64,000 nt of DNA from Fimbriimonadales bacterium (GTDB lineage: Bacteria > Armatimonadota > Fimbriimonadia > Fimbriimonadales > GBS-DC): assembly GCA_025998675.1 (NCBI GenBank), contig AP024673.1, positions 323,520 to 387,519 on the forward strand, given 5' to 3'. Below, piece after piece: positions 8,170-16,349 of this stretch. Within the stretch, counting starts at the first letter, position 1. Each line of letters starts with the position of its first letter. The position numbers were made by a program, and so were the translations under genes. The notes beneath the pieces were generated by a model. The model saw only the letters and a program-made list of their open reading frames with translations, made no database searches and was not told where the DNA came from.

Positions 8170-8916
8170 ATGCGTCGATTCCACATCGGTTCGCCTGAAT
8201 GGTCGCCCCCGCGCGTGCCGCTGCAGTTGCCGCTGGGGTTTGGTTCGCTGGGTTGGCTCGCGCACCTGATTCGCAAGCACAAGCTGGATCTCAACGAGGT
8301 TGACCTCGCGCCCGTGGCGCAGGCGTGCTACGACTACTGGCGCGAGGTGGGCGATATGGACGAGGCGGCGGACGCGCTGGCGACGCTGGCGTACCTCGCC
8401 GAACGCAAGGCGCAGCGCCTGCTCGCGCCCGACCCAGAGCCTGAACCTGAGGAGGCGGCGGACTGGCTCCCGCCTTCAGGACTGCCCGACGCATACCTGC
8501 AACTCACGGAGCATCTGCGTCAGCGCGAGGGCGAGCGCATGGGGCTCTTTTTTCGCGGCGGCGCGATTGACCCGCGCGACTACGAACTGCCCCCCGAATT
8601 CGGCGCGGAGCTGCCCGACCAGCTCTGGCTCGCCTTCAAACGCATGCTGGAACAGCGCATGCCCATCCCCGACGCCATCCCGCACCGCCGCTACTTCTCG
8701 CTGCACGCCCGCATGATCGAGATTCGCGAGCGGCTGAGCGTCGCACGCGAGCCGTTGCCCTTCGACGCGCTTGCCCGCGATGCGCTCGATGTGCTGGATT
8801 TGCTCGTTTCGTTTCTGGCGATGCTGGAGCTGTGGCGGCTGGGGCATATCGCGGTCAGCCTCGACCCAGCAGGAGTCGTGTGGCTGCAGGCGGAATCGCA
8901 AGCCGCTGAGGGGTGA
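8170..8916 (+). CDS. scpA: Segregation and condensation protein A (kleisin)
   Basis: 'GSLGWLAHLIRKHKLDLNEVDLAPVAQACYDYW' and C-terminal 'LVSFLAMLELWRLGHI' fit ScpA. ATG 8170 was chosen over the track's GTG 8113 because of the -10 box. No scpB follows. Confidence 0.7.
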   Translation: MRRFHIGSPEWSPPRVPLQLPLGFGSLGWLAHLIRKHKLDLNEVDLAPVAQACYDYWREVGDMDEAADALATLAYLAERKAQRLLAPDPEPEPEEAADWLPPSGLPDAYLQLTEHLRQREGERMGLFFRGGAIDPRDYELPPEFGAELPDQLWLAFKRMLEQRMPIPDAIPHRRYFSLHARMIEIRERLSVAREPLPFDALARDALDVLDLLVSFLAMLELWRLGHIAVSLDPAGVVWLQAESQAAEG

Positions 8917-9015
8917 ACGCCCACCAGGCGTGATTTGGGGCAGTGATCCCTGAAAGTCTACCTGCTGCTTGCGCAGGCGGATGCGGCAAATTCCCGATGT
9001 CGTCTGGAGGGCGCT

Positions 9016-9810
9016 ATGAACCTGCATGAGACGCTTCGGGATGCATTTACAGTGAAATACATCATGACGCCGCGCCAGCATCTGGAAGTGGGGTCTGTCA
9101 AGCCCGTGCTGCGCGGCGAACCCTGCTATGATGTTATTCCAAGAACCGAGGACGATTGCTTCGTGGGTCTCTGGGTGCTTCGCGAGGGTGAGTATCTGCC
9201 TGAACCCATCACCGAAGAGTGGATTGTTGCACACTCCACCCCCATCCCCGAAATCATCCGCATTTTCAGCGGACCACACGCCAAGCCAGCCTATCTTGTG
9301 GTCAACGGCGCGCGCGTGGACGGGATTGTCTCACCCGCCGACCTGAACAAGGTCGCCTGCCGTACCTACCTCTTTACACTGGTGGGTGAACTGGAGTATT
9401 GTCTCGCTCAACTATTACGAGAATACTTCCAGTCTTCTGAGGAGAGGATGCTGGAATTTCTTTCCCCAGACAGGCAGACGGAAGTCCGAAAGTTGCGTAT
9501 GGAGCGGCAGGCTAACGACATGGATACGGGGTACATCGAGGTTTTATCGCTGAGCGATATTGTGAATATCATCTGCAAAAATGAAGACTTACGCTTTCAG
9601 CTAGGGTTTAGCTCTCGCAAGCAGTCGGAAAATTGCTTGAATGGGCTTGTTCATTTCAGGAATGTTATAGCGCACCCAGTACGGGAAATGAGTTCTGCAT
9701 ACAAGGTACGGGACATCCTTGAGAAAGTGGAGCTAATTGAGCGTGTTCTGGAGCAATTAGCGCGTACCCCTGCGGCTGGTCAGGAGGAGAGCGTGCAGAT
9801 GGCAAGTTAG
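9016..9810 (+). CDS. CBS-pair + HEPN (R-x4-H) domain protein, a putative ligand-gated RNase
   Basis: 264 aa with a GGAGGG RBS. Two CBS-like motifs ('VKYIMTPRQHLEV...', '...ARVDGIVSPADLNK') are followed by an alpha-helical C-terminal domain ending in 'LNGLVHFRNVIAHPV' (R-N-V-I-A-H, i.e. Rx4H). The 3' half is markedly AT-richer than the surrounding DNA. Confidence 0.6.
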   Translation: MNLHETLRDAFTVKYIMTPRQHLEVGSVKPVLRGEPCYDVIPRTEDDCFVGLWVLREGEYLPEPITEEWIVAHSTPIPEIIRIFSGPHAKPAYLVVNGARVDGIVSPADLNKVACRTYLFTLVGELEYCLAQLLREYFQSSEERMLEFLSPDRQTEVRKLRMERQANDMDTGYIEVLSLSDIVNIICKNEDLRFQLGFSSRKQSENCLNGLVHFRNVIAHPVREMSSAYKVRDILEKVELIERVLEQLARTPAAGQEESVQMAS

Positions 9811-9888
9811 AAACAATCCAAGAAAGCGGGCAAGCAACGGAACGTGGGGCGTTTGTGCCAGACGGCTGAAGCCGTTCCTATTACACAA

Positions 9889-9979
9889 AGCCGACCTTCG
9901 TCGGCTGAAGTAGCAAGCGCATCCTGCGCTTGATTTTGGGCAGGATACCCAAGCTACGGGGAGCCAGCGCAGGCTGGCT
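9889..9979. repeat. Cluster of short GC hairpins
   Basis: AGCCGACcttcGTCGGCT (9889-9906), CAAGCGCAtccTGCGCTTG (9914-9932) and AGCCAGCgcagGCTGGCT (9962-9979). Confidence 0.6.
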
Positions 9980-9996
9980 TCGTTTGTTATACCGAT

Positions 9997-10142
9997 CGGC
10001 GGCTCATAGTTCGTAAAGCAGTAATTTATGGAGTGCGGAAGCGGAGCTTCCGCACTCCATAGTCGCGGGGCGCGGGCAACAAGCGCATCTCTGCAGGTGT
10101 GTGCGAGGCAATTAACGAACTCTGACAGCGCAGTTGGTATTA
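9997..10142 (+). repeat. Backbone element copy A (homologous to 37196-37416) carrying a family-1 palindrome
   Basis: Left flank cggcggctcatagttcgtaaagcag and right flank ggcaattaacgaactctgacagcgcagttggtatta match copy B. See findings. Confidence 0.65.
10027..10061. repeat. Extragenic palindromic element, family 1, short single-hairpin form
   Basis: TATGGAGTGCGGAAGC-gga-GCTTCCGCACTCCATA, a perfect 16-bp stem. Confidence 0.85.
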
Positions 10143-10144
10143 GG

Positions 10145-10313
10145 AACGGGTTCACCTGCTCTGTTGCAAAGAATGGGGGCGCTGGGGAATAGGACGCGGG
10201 AACCGCGTCCGTACAGGCATAAGTAGGGGCGCGGTCGCCGCGCCCCACGCGGCGAAGAGAGCTGTGCCAGAAGACAAAACAAGCATCCTTGCAACAGAGC
10301 AGGTTCACCCGTC
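10145..10313. repeat. 169-nt inverted-repeat element (family 3), MITE-like with no coding capacity
   Basis: Outer arms aacgggttcaCCTGCTCTGTTGCAA (10145-10169) and TTGCAACAGAGCAGGttcacccgtc (10289-10313): 15 bp perfect, about 22/25 overall. They enclose the hairpins GGACGCGGgaaCCGCGTCC (10192-10210) and GGGGCGCGGtcgCCGCGCCCC (10226-10246). Confidence 0.7.
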
Positions 10314-10450
10314 TGGATTCGAACACGCATTTCTGAACGGCTTCTAATCGCGCTTACATAAGGTGTCTCGCACACTTCGCGACGCTCACCAGCGTACCTT
10401 GCAAGGAATAGGGCTGCGTGTGGCGAATCGACCGCGCGGGGGTAGAAGCC

Positions 10451-12286
10451 ATGCAAACGCGCAAGGGGATGCGGTGGACATTGAGCGCGCTTATCACGCT
10501 CCTGACGCACACTGCGGCGGCGCAGTGCGAGATACAGCACTTCGAAGGCTACTCGAACGGTCTTAACGGCGTGGTGATGTTCCGCCAGCCGAGCTTTTCG
10601 GGCACGACCAGCGGCTTTCTGGCGTACACAGGGACGTGCAGCAGCGGTCCCAACTGCGCTCAGATTAGTCTGGAGCGCAACCGCACGCCGTCGGGCAGCC
10701 GCGCGCTGAAGGTCGTCTGGCAGTTCAACGGCAACCCCCGCGCGTGGCTGCGCCTGACAACCTTCAACACGCTCTATTACGCGAACCCGACGATTAGCTT
10801 CCAGCGTCGGCTGAGCCTGTGGCTGTATGTGCCCAGCAGCACGCCCGACTTTTACCTGACGCTGGGCGTGCGCGAGACGCAGCCCAGAGCCGCCTGCGGC
10901 GCGAACGGCGGCGCAACGGGCGGCATCGAGTGGGTGGGCGCGACGCAGGGCGACGCCAGCAACCCGCCCATCGGCAAGCGCATCCGCCAGAAAGACCGCT
11001 GGGTGCAGGTGGTGTTCGACCTGCCCAGTGAGCCTGTGCTGCCGTTTGCAGGGGGCGCGAACGGCGTACTGGACGGGCGCGCGGGCGTGCTGGAGCATCT
11101 CGCCTTCACACCCGTAGACCCCAGCGACGCGCGCCCCTACACGGTCTACATCGACGACATCCGCGTGCTGCCCAACGAGAACGACCCGGTAGATCCCCCA
11201 TGGATTTTCGGGCTGCACGAGCCGGGCGGCGAGTTTGCCGCCGTCGCGGAGGGCAAGCGCATCTGGATCCTGTTCACGGAAGAGCTGGGCGCAGACCCCA
11301 ACAACCAGACCGGGCGCGACTATCGCCCCTATGTGAACGCGGGGCACGGGGTGATTGTGCGCCTGAACTACGGCTATCATCCCAACGGCACGCTGCCGCC
11401 GTCGTCGCAGTATGCGAACTTTGCCCAGCGCGTGGCGAACTTCGTGCGCAACTCGCATGGCGCGCATATCTGGATTATCGGCAACGAGACGAACCTGCCC
11501 GCGGAATGGCCCGGCGGCGAGAACGGGGAATCCATCACCGTCGCCCGCTATGTGCAGGCGTTTCGCATGTGCCGCGACGCGATTCGGTCGATTCCCGGAC
11601 ACGAGGACGACTGGGTCTGCGCCGCGCCTGTGGGAACCTACGCGCCGCCCTTCCCGCAGTACGGCATTCCGGGCTTTCTGGATTACTGGCAGCAGATGCT
11701 GGACGCCATCGGCGCGGAGCAGGACGGGATTATTCTGCACGCCTACACGCACGGCAGCGACCCGAACAACATCTTCAGCGAAACGCGCATGCAGCCGCCC
11801 TACGATCAGGTGTACCTGCACTTCCGCGTCTATCGCAACCTGCTGAGCCGCGTGCCGCCGTCGCTGCGCCATCTGCCCGCCTTCATCACCGAGACCAATC
11901 AGGGCGAGCCATGGACGAACACCAACAACGGCTGGATTAAAAACGCCTATCAGGAGATACACACCTGGAACCAGAACCCCGCGAATCAAGCTATCTGGGG
12001 CGTGTGCCTGTATCGCTGGCCGCAGATTGACCCCTACTACATCGAGGGCAAGTGGAACACCATTCAGGACTGGCGCGAGGCGATGCGCAACGACTATCGC
12101 TGGCGGCGCGATGCGGTGGGCGATGTGGACGGCGACGGCTGTGTGGACGACGCCGACATGCTGGGGGTGCTGTTTCGTTTTGGGCAGGGCGGCTACAACC
12201 GCTACGACCTGAACTGGGACGGCGCGATTGACGATGCGGATTTGCTGCATGTGCTGTTCGCCTTCGGGCAGGGGTGCGACGGTTAG
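10451..12286 (+). CDS. Secreted clan GH-A-like glycoside hydrolase with an N-terminal beta-sandwich domain and a C-terminal dockerin-like module
   Basis: Signal peptide 'MRWTLSALITLLTHTAAAQ'. Candidate acid/base 'IWIIGNETNL' and nucleophile 'LPAFITETNQ'. C-terminus 'GDVDGDGCVDDADMLGVLFRFGQGGYNRYDLNWDGAIDDADLLHVLFAFGQGCDG'. The track start 10418 is GTG; ATG 10451 is preferred. Confidence 0.6.
   Translation: MQTRKGMRWTLSALITLLTHTAAAQCEIQHFEGYSNGLNGVVMFRQPSFSGTTSGFLAYTGTCSSGPNCAQISLERNRTPSGSRALKVVWQFNGNPRAWLRLTTFNTLYYANPTISFQRRLSLWLYVPSSTPDFYLTLGVRETQPRAACGANGGATGGIEWVGATQGDASNPPIGKRIRQKDRWVQVVFDLPSEPVLPFAGGANGVLDGRAGVLEHLAFTPVDPSDARPYTVYIDDIRVLPNENDPVDPPWIFGLHEPGGEFAAVAEGKRIWILFTEELGADPNNQTGRDYRPYVNAGHGVIVRLNYGYHPNGTLPPSSQYANFAQRVANFVRNSHGAHIWIIGNETNLPAEWPGGENGESITVARYVQAFRMCRDAIRSIPGHEDDWVCAAPVGTYAPPFPQYGIPGFLDYWQQMLDAIGAEQDGIILHAYTHGSDPNNIFSETRMQPPYDQVYLHFRVYRNLLSRVPPSLRHLPAFITETNQGEPWTNTNNGWIKNAYQEIHTWNQNPANQAIWGVCLYRWPQIDPYYIEGKWNTIQDWREAMRNDYRWRRDAVGDVDGDGCVDDADMLGVLFRFGQGGYNRYDLNWDGAIDDADLLHVLFAFGQGCDG
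12119..12283 (+). other. Dockerin-like double EF-hand C-terminal module (divergent copy)
   Basis: Two D-x-D/N-x-D-G-x-(V/I)-D-D-A-D-(L/M)-L-x-V-L-F-x-F-G repeats, with the terminal motif G-Q-G-C-D-G. Confidence 0.6.
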
Positions 12287-12335
12287 GCGCGCCTGTCCCT
12301 CACCAGCGGCGTCGTCATTTTCCTGTGCAATCGGG

Positions 12336-12341
12336 TACAAT
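12336..12341 (+). promoter_or_regulatory. -10 box GG-TACAAT upstream of rpmH
   Basis: cgGGTACAAT, then 10 nt, then GGAGG, then 8 nt, then ATG at 12365. Confidence 0.35.
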
Positions 12342-12364
12342 CTACGCCGCTGGAGGAAAACACG

Positions 12365-12502
12365 ATGAAGCGAACCTATCAACCCAATAATCGTCATCGG
12401 CACAAGGTGCATGGGTTCCGCCGTCGGATGCGCACCAAGGACGGGCGGAATGTGTTGAAGCGGCGTCGGCTGAAGGGGCGCTGGCGCCTGACCGTCGAGT
12501 AA
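12365..12502 (+). CDS. rpmH: 50S ribosomal protein L34
   Basis: Absent from the ORF track because it is shorter than 60 aa. Translation is [45 protein letters not shown], with a GGAGG RBS. Confidence 0.95.
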   Translation: MKRTYQPNNRHRHKVHGFRRRMRTKDGRNVLKRRRLKGRWRLTVE

Positions 12503-12503
12503 G

Positions 12504-12842
12504 ATGCTGCCGCGCGCAGGGCGATTGCGCAACACACGCGATTTCGAGCGGGTCTATCAGCAGGGGCGACGGGTGCGTATGGAATCGTTTACGATGTATG
12601 TCTATCAGCGCGGGGACGATGCGCCGACACGCATGGGCTTTGTGGTCGGGCGTCGGCTGGGCGCCCATGTGGCGCGGAACCGCGTCAAGCGGCGGCTGCG
12701 CGCGGCGGCGCGTGAACTCTGGGAACAACTCCCGCACGGCTACGACCTCGTGTGCGTCGCCCGACCGCCCGCGGCGACCGCGCCGCTGGACGCGCTACGC
12801 GCCCAGCTCCAGCAGGCGCTCCAGCAAGGAGGCGTGCGATGA
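12504..12842 (+). CDS. rnpA: Ribonuclease P protein component
   Basis: 112 aa, basic, '[17 protein letters not shown]'. Located immediately after rpmH. Confidence 0.85.
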   Translation: MLPRAGRLRNTRDFERVYQQGRRVRMESFTMYVYQRGDDAPTRMGFVVGRRLGAHVARNRVKRRLRAAARELWEQLPHGYDLVCVARPPAATAPLDALRAQLQQALQQGGVR

Positions 12843-13102
12843 GCCTGCCTGCACGACTGCTTGTGGCGGCGATTCGGGTGTACCAGCGCGTTTCGCGCCT
12901 GACGCCCCCATCCTGCCGCTACTATCCGACCTGCTCCCAGTATACGCTGGAAGCCGTCCAGCGGTACGGCGCGCTGCGGGGGGTGTGGCTGGGGCTGAAA
13001 CGCATCCTGCGCTGCCATCCCTTCGCGCAGGGCGGCTACGACCCCGTGCCCGACGATTGGACAACACGAGGCAATCATCATGGCGCAACAGGAACCTATT
13101 GA
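12839..13102 (+). CDS. yidD: Membrane protein insertion efficiency factor YidD
   Basis: '[52 protein letters not shown]'. ATGA overlap with the rnpA stop. Confidence 0.85.
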   Translation: MSLPARLLVAAIRVYQRVSRLTPPSCRYYPTCSQYTLEAVQRYGALRGVWLGLKRILRCHPFAQGGYDPVPDDWTTRGNHHGATGTY

Positions 13103-14255
13103 TCAGAGAAAACTCTTCACCCAGACGCTGGTTATCTCGATGATTATCTGGCTGCTGGTGCTGATGGGCTGGAGCTACTTCTCGCGCCCGCCCGTCAGCG
13201 ACAAGCCGCCCGACGAGATTGTACGCGAAATCGAGAAACTGCGCGCGGAAAAAGACTATGTAGAGGCGACCCGCCGCGCACAGGAGCTGGCGACGCGCTA
13301 TCGCGGCGCGGAGTTCGGCGCACTGGGCATCCTGCTGGAAGCGCAGATTTTCTACGAAGATAAACAGGACGCGCGCGAAGCCTACAATCGCCTGCGCCAG
13401 CTGGAGGAGCTGTACCCCAACACGAAGGTGTATCAGGAGCAAGGACGCCCCCTGCTGGACAAAGTCTCCGTGCAGATTGACCAGGAGAACCGCCAGCTGC
13501 CCAGCTATCAGGCGCTGGACGCCGTGATGCGCCTGTTCGGGTTCGCGGGCGACGCACGGTTCATTCTGGGAATCCTGTTCATCGCGGCGGTCGTGCGCCT
13601 GATTCAGGTGCCGCTGGTCAATCGCCAGTTCGCCAGCATGCGCAAGATGCTCCAGCTCCAGCCCAAACTGCTCGAACTGCAGCAGAAATATTCGGGGCAG
13701 GAGCTGATGCAGCGGCAGATGGCGCTCTACAAAAAGTACGGGGTGAACCCGATGGGCGGCTGTCTGTACGCGCTGCTGCCCATCCCGTTCCTGATTCTGG
13801 TGTATAACGCCTTTCTGGTGTATCAGGTGCAGTTTCGGGACGGGCACTTCCTGTGGGTGAACCCTGATATGGCGGCGCGGTTTCCGGGCATGGTGGGCGC
13901 GCATCTGGGGCAGTTCGATGCGCCGCTGGTGCTGATTTACGCGCTGAGTATGTATATCACCAGCCGCCTGACCATCACCGACCCGTCGCAGGCGCAAATG
14001 CAGAAGACGATGGCGGTCTTCACGACGCTGATGCTGATGGTCTTCTCGTGGCAGTTTCGGTTCCCCGCGGCGTTTATCCTGTACTGGCTGTTGACGAATG
14101 TGTTCTATACCATCCATTACAAGCTGTATATGCGCACGCCTGCGCCGGAGTTAGTTGCTGTGGACGAGGCGCAGGAAGGACGCAACGGCGCGGCAGAGAA
14201 ACCCAAGCCGAGCGGTGGGTACCAGCCGCCGAAGAAACGCTCGAAGCGCAAATAG
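13080..14255 (+). CDS. yidC: Membrane protein insertase YidC
   Basis: '[27 protein letters not shown]' and '[26 protein letters not shown]'. Basic C-terminal tail. Confidence 0.85.
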   Translation: MAQQEPIDQRKLFTQTLVISMIIWLLVLMGWSYFSRPPVSDKPPDEIVREIEKLRAEKDYVEATRRAQELATRYRGAEFGALGILLEAQIFYEDKQDAREAYNRLRQLEELYPNTKVYQEQGRPLLDKVSVQIDQENRQLPSYQALDAVMRLFGFAGDARFILGILFIAAVVRLIQVPLVNRQFASMRKMLQLQPKLLELQQKYSGQELMQRQMALYKKYGVNPMGGCLYALLPIPFLILVYNAFLVYQVQFRDGHFLWVNPDMAARFPGMVGAHLGQFDAPLVLIYALSMYITSRLTITDPSQAQMQKTMAVFTTLMLMVFSWQFRFPAAFILYWLLTNVFYTIHYKLYMRTPAPELVAVDEAQEGRNGAAEKPKPSGGYQPPKKRSKRK

Positions 14256-14267
14256 AGAAGGAGGGCA

Positions 14268-14897
14268 ATGCAGACGATGACATCCGTTGAAGCAACGGGC
14301 AACACCCTGGAAGAGGCGAAGAGCAGGGCGTTAGGGATGCTGGGCGTGGGACGCAACGCGCAGGTGGAGTTCGAAGTGCTGGAGGAAAGCCCTGCGCGTG
14401 TGCGTGCGACGCTGATTGAGGAGGAGCCGCCGTATGTCGTGACCCCGCAGGTCGCCCGCAAGGTGGCGGACTACATCAGCCATTTTGTGCGCCGTCTGCC
14501 GCTACAGGTGCAGGCGGTGCTGCGCGGCTCGCACGGACGCTATGTGGAAGTGGAGCTGGTGGGGCGCGACGCGAATGTGCTGGTGGGCAAAAATGGCGAG
14601 GTGCTGGATCGCCTGCAGTTCCTGCTGAACAACATCGTGCCGCGCGTGACGGAGCCGCAGGTGCGCGTGACGCTCGACGGCGCGGGCTGGCGACGCCGAC
14701 GCACGGAACGCCTGCGCAATCAGGTGATTGCAATCGCGAATGAGGTCAAAGCGCGCGGCGAGGAGGCGGTGCTACCCCCTATGCCCCCGCACGAGCGGCG
14801 CATTGTGCATCAGGCGCTCAAGGACGACCCCGAAGTGATGACCTACAGCGAGGGCGAGGAGCCGAACCGCTATGTGGTCATCTCGCCGCGTGGGTGA
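14268..14897 (+). CDS. jag: Jag/KhpB-like RNA-binding protein (Jag_N-KH-R3H)
   Basis: C-terminal R3H block 'MPPHERRIVHQALKDDPEVMTYSEGEEPNRYVVISP'. Conserved position after yidC. Confidence 0.8.
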   Translation: MQTMTSVEATGNTLEEAKSRALGMLGVGRNAQVEFEVLEESPARVRATLIEEEPPYVVTPQVARKVADYISHFVRRLPLQVQAVLRGSHGRYVEVELVGRDANVLVGKNGEVLDRLQFLLNNIVPRVTEPQVRVTLDGAGWRRRRTERLRNQVIAIANEVKARGEEAVLPPMPPHERRIVHQALKDDPEVMTYSEGEEPNRYVVISPRG

Positions 14898-16320
14898 GGC
14901 GCTCGGCGAACGCGCTGAGGCGGCGCACCGTCTCATGCACATCGTCCTCCGTTGCGCGGTAGCTGAGGGTACACATCCGTAGCGCGACGCGCCCGCGCAG
15001 CACGGTGGAGCTGACCATCGCGTAGCCGTCGGCAATCATGGCGTCCACCATCGCGCGGTTCAACGCATCGGTGCGCTCCGCGTCCCAGCCCGGCGGCGCG
15101 TAGCGGAAAGCCACGATGCCCATCGTCGCGGGCGAGACAATCTCCCAGTGCGGGCGCGCGCGCAACGCCTGCTCCGCAACCCGCGCCAGATGCAGGTTAT
15201 GCTCCATCGCCTGACGGAACGCTTCCACCCCGTGCGTCTTGAGCGAGAGCCACACCTTGAACGCGCGGAAGTTGCGCGACAGCTCGACGCCGTAGTCGCA
15301 CATGTCCACGCCGACCGCGCCGCGCTCCTTGTCCTGCAGGTACGGCGGCAGGATGCGGAAGGCGTCGCGCAGGTGTTCGAACACGCGCACAATCGCGCAG
15401 CCTGCCATCATCGGCTGATAGAGCCACTTGTGCGGGTCTACCGCCAGCGAGTCGAGCCGTTCGATGCCCTGCAGTCGCTGTTTGCCCTCTTCCGTGAGGA
15501 TTGCCGCTGCGCCATACGCGCCGTCCGCGTGCAGCCACAGCCCTTCCTGCGCGCACAGGTCTGCCAGCGCGTGCAGGGGGTCTACCGCGCCTGTGTTGGT
15601 CGTGCCCGCGTTCGCCGCCACACAAAACGGCAGCCAGCCCGCCGCGCGGTCGCGCTGAATCTGCGCCTGCAGCGCGTCCAGCGGAATTTGAAAGTTCTCG
15701 TCGGCGGGCAACACGCACATCTGCTCCTCGCGCAGTCCCAGAATGCGCCATGCCCGCGCCACGCACGAGTGCGTCTGGTCGGAGCAGTAGACCCTGCCGC
15801 GCGTGAGCGCGTCGGGGTAGCGCTGACGCGCCGCCGCCAGACACACCAGATTCGCCACCGAGCCGCCGCTGACAAATAGCCCGCCCGCCGTCTCAGGCAG
15901 CCCAAACCAGTCGCACAGCCAGCGGATGACCACCCGCTCGACCTGCGTCGCGCCCGCGCCCACCATCCATGTGCCCACGAAGATGTTCATCCCTGCCGCA
16001 ATCACATCCGCCAGCACGCCGACATACTCGTTCGGCGCAGGCACGAACGCGAAATAGCGCGGATGGTCGACTTTGATGAGGTGGGGCAGCACCTTCTGCA
16101 GAAACTCGTCCAGCGATTGCTCAAAGGGCTGAGGCGCCGTGGGCGTCGGCTCCGTCAGAAGCGACTCCAGCGTTGCATGGTCGGCGCGCGCGCCTATCGG
16201 GCGATTCGGCAGGCTCTGCCAGTAGTCCACCAGCAGGTCGATGACCCGATAGCCCATCTGGCGCATCGTGTCGGCGTCCAGCGCCAGTGGTCGCTTCGAA
16301 TCATGGGTAGGATCGCTCAT
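14878..16320 (-). CDS. PLP-dependent group II (aromatic-L-amino-acid/glutamate type) decarboxylase
   Basis: 'SLAVDPHKWLYQP' PLP-lysine block, 'GGSVANLVCLAAAR', and 'MGYRVIDLLVDYW' at the N-terminus. The start is ambiguous between 16320 and 16389; ATG 16320 avoids overlapping the upstream gene. Confidence 0.8.
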   Translation of the reverse strand: MSDPTHDSKRPLALDADTMRQMGYRVIDLLVDYWQSLPNRPIGARADHATLESLLTEPTPTAPQPFEQSLDEFLQKVLPHLIKVDHPRYFAFVPAPNEYVGVLADVIAAGMNIFVGTWMVGAGATQVERVVIRWLCDWFGLPETAGGLFVSGGSVANLVCLAAARQRYPDALTRGRVYCSDQTHSCVARAWRILGLREEQMCVLPADENFQIPLDALQAQIQRDRAAGWLPFCVAANAGTTNTGAVDPLHALADLCAQEGLWLHADGAYGAAAILTEEGKQRLQGIERLDSLAVDPHKWLYQPMMAGCAIVRVFEHLRDAFRILPPYLQDKERGAVGVDMCDYGVELSRNFRAFKVWLSLKTHGVEAFRQAMEHNLHLARVAEQALRARPHWEIVSPATMGIVAFRYAPPGWDAERTDALNRAMVDAMIADGYAMVSSTVLRGRVALRMCTLSYRATEDDVHETVRRLSAFAERLTHAAR

Positions 16321-16349
16321 ACGGGCATGGATTGTATCCGATAGGCGGC

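Noticed and set aside
10305-10330. 'ggattcgaac' string resembling a tRNA T-loop
   Set aside because: The flanking bases cannot form a T-stem on either strand (gcgtg versus ccaga), and no acceptor or anticodon arms are present. The string is at the edge of the family-3 inverted-repeat element.
12119-12283. Classical cellulosome (cohesin-dockerin) interpretation
   Set aside because: No cohesin or scaffoldin gene is visible in the window. The modules have unusual conserved Cys residues and a C-terminal Cys. I therefore report them only as dockerin-like, and the partner question is left open.
12287-12364. oriC next to rpmH
   Set aside because: There is no dnaA gene, no DnaA-box-like 9-mers and no AT-rich unwinding element in the 78-nt spacer.
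10112-12535. 807-aa ORF on the minus strand spanning the glycosidase gene and rpmH
   Set aside because: It is antisense to a gene with a signal peptide, catalytic motifs and a dockerin-like tail, and it also runs through rpmH. The translation is Arg/Ala/His/Gly/Val-rich low complexity, typical of antisense frames in high-GC DNA.
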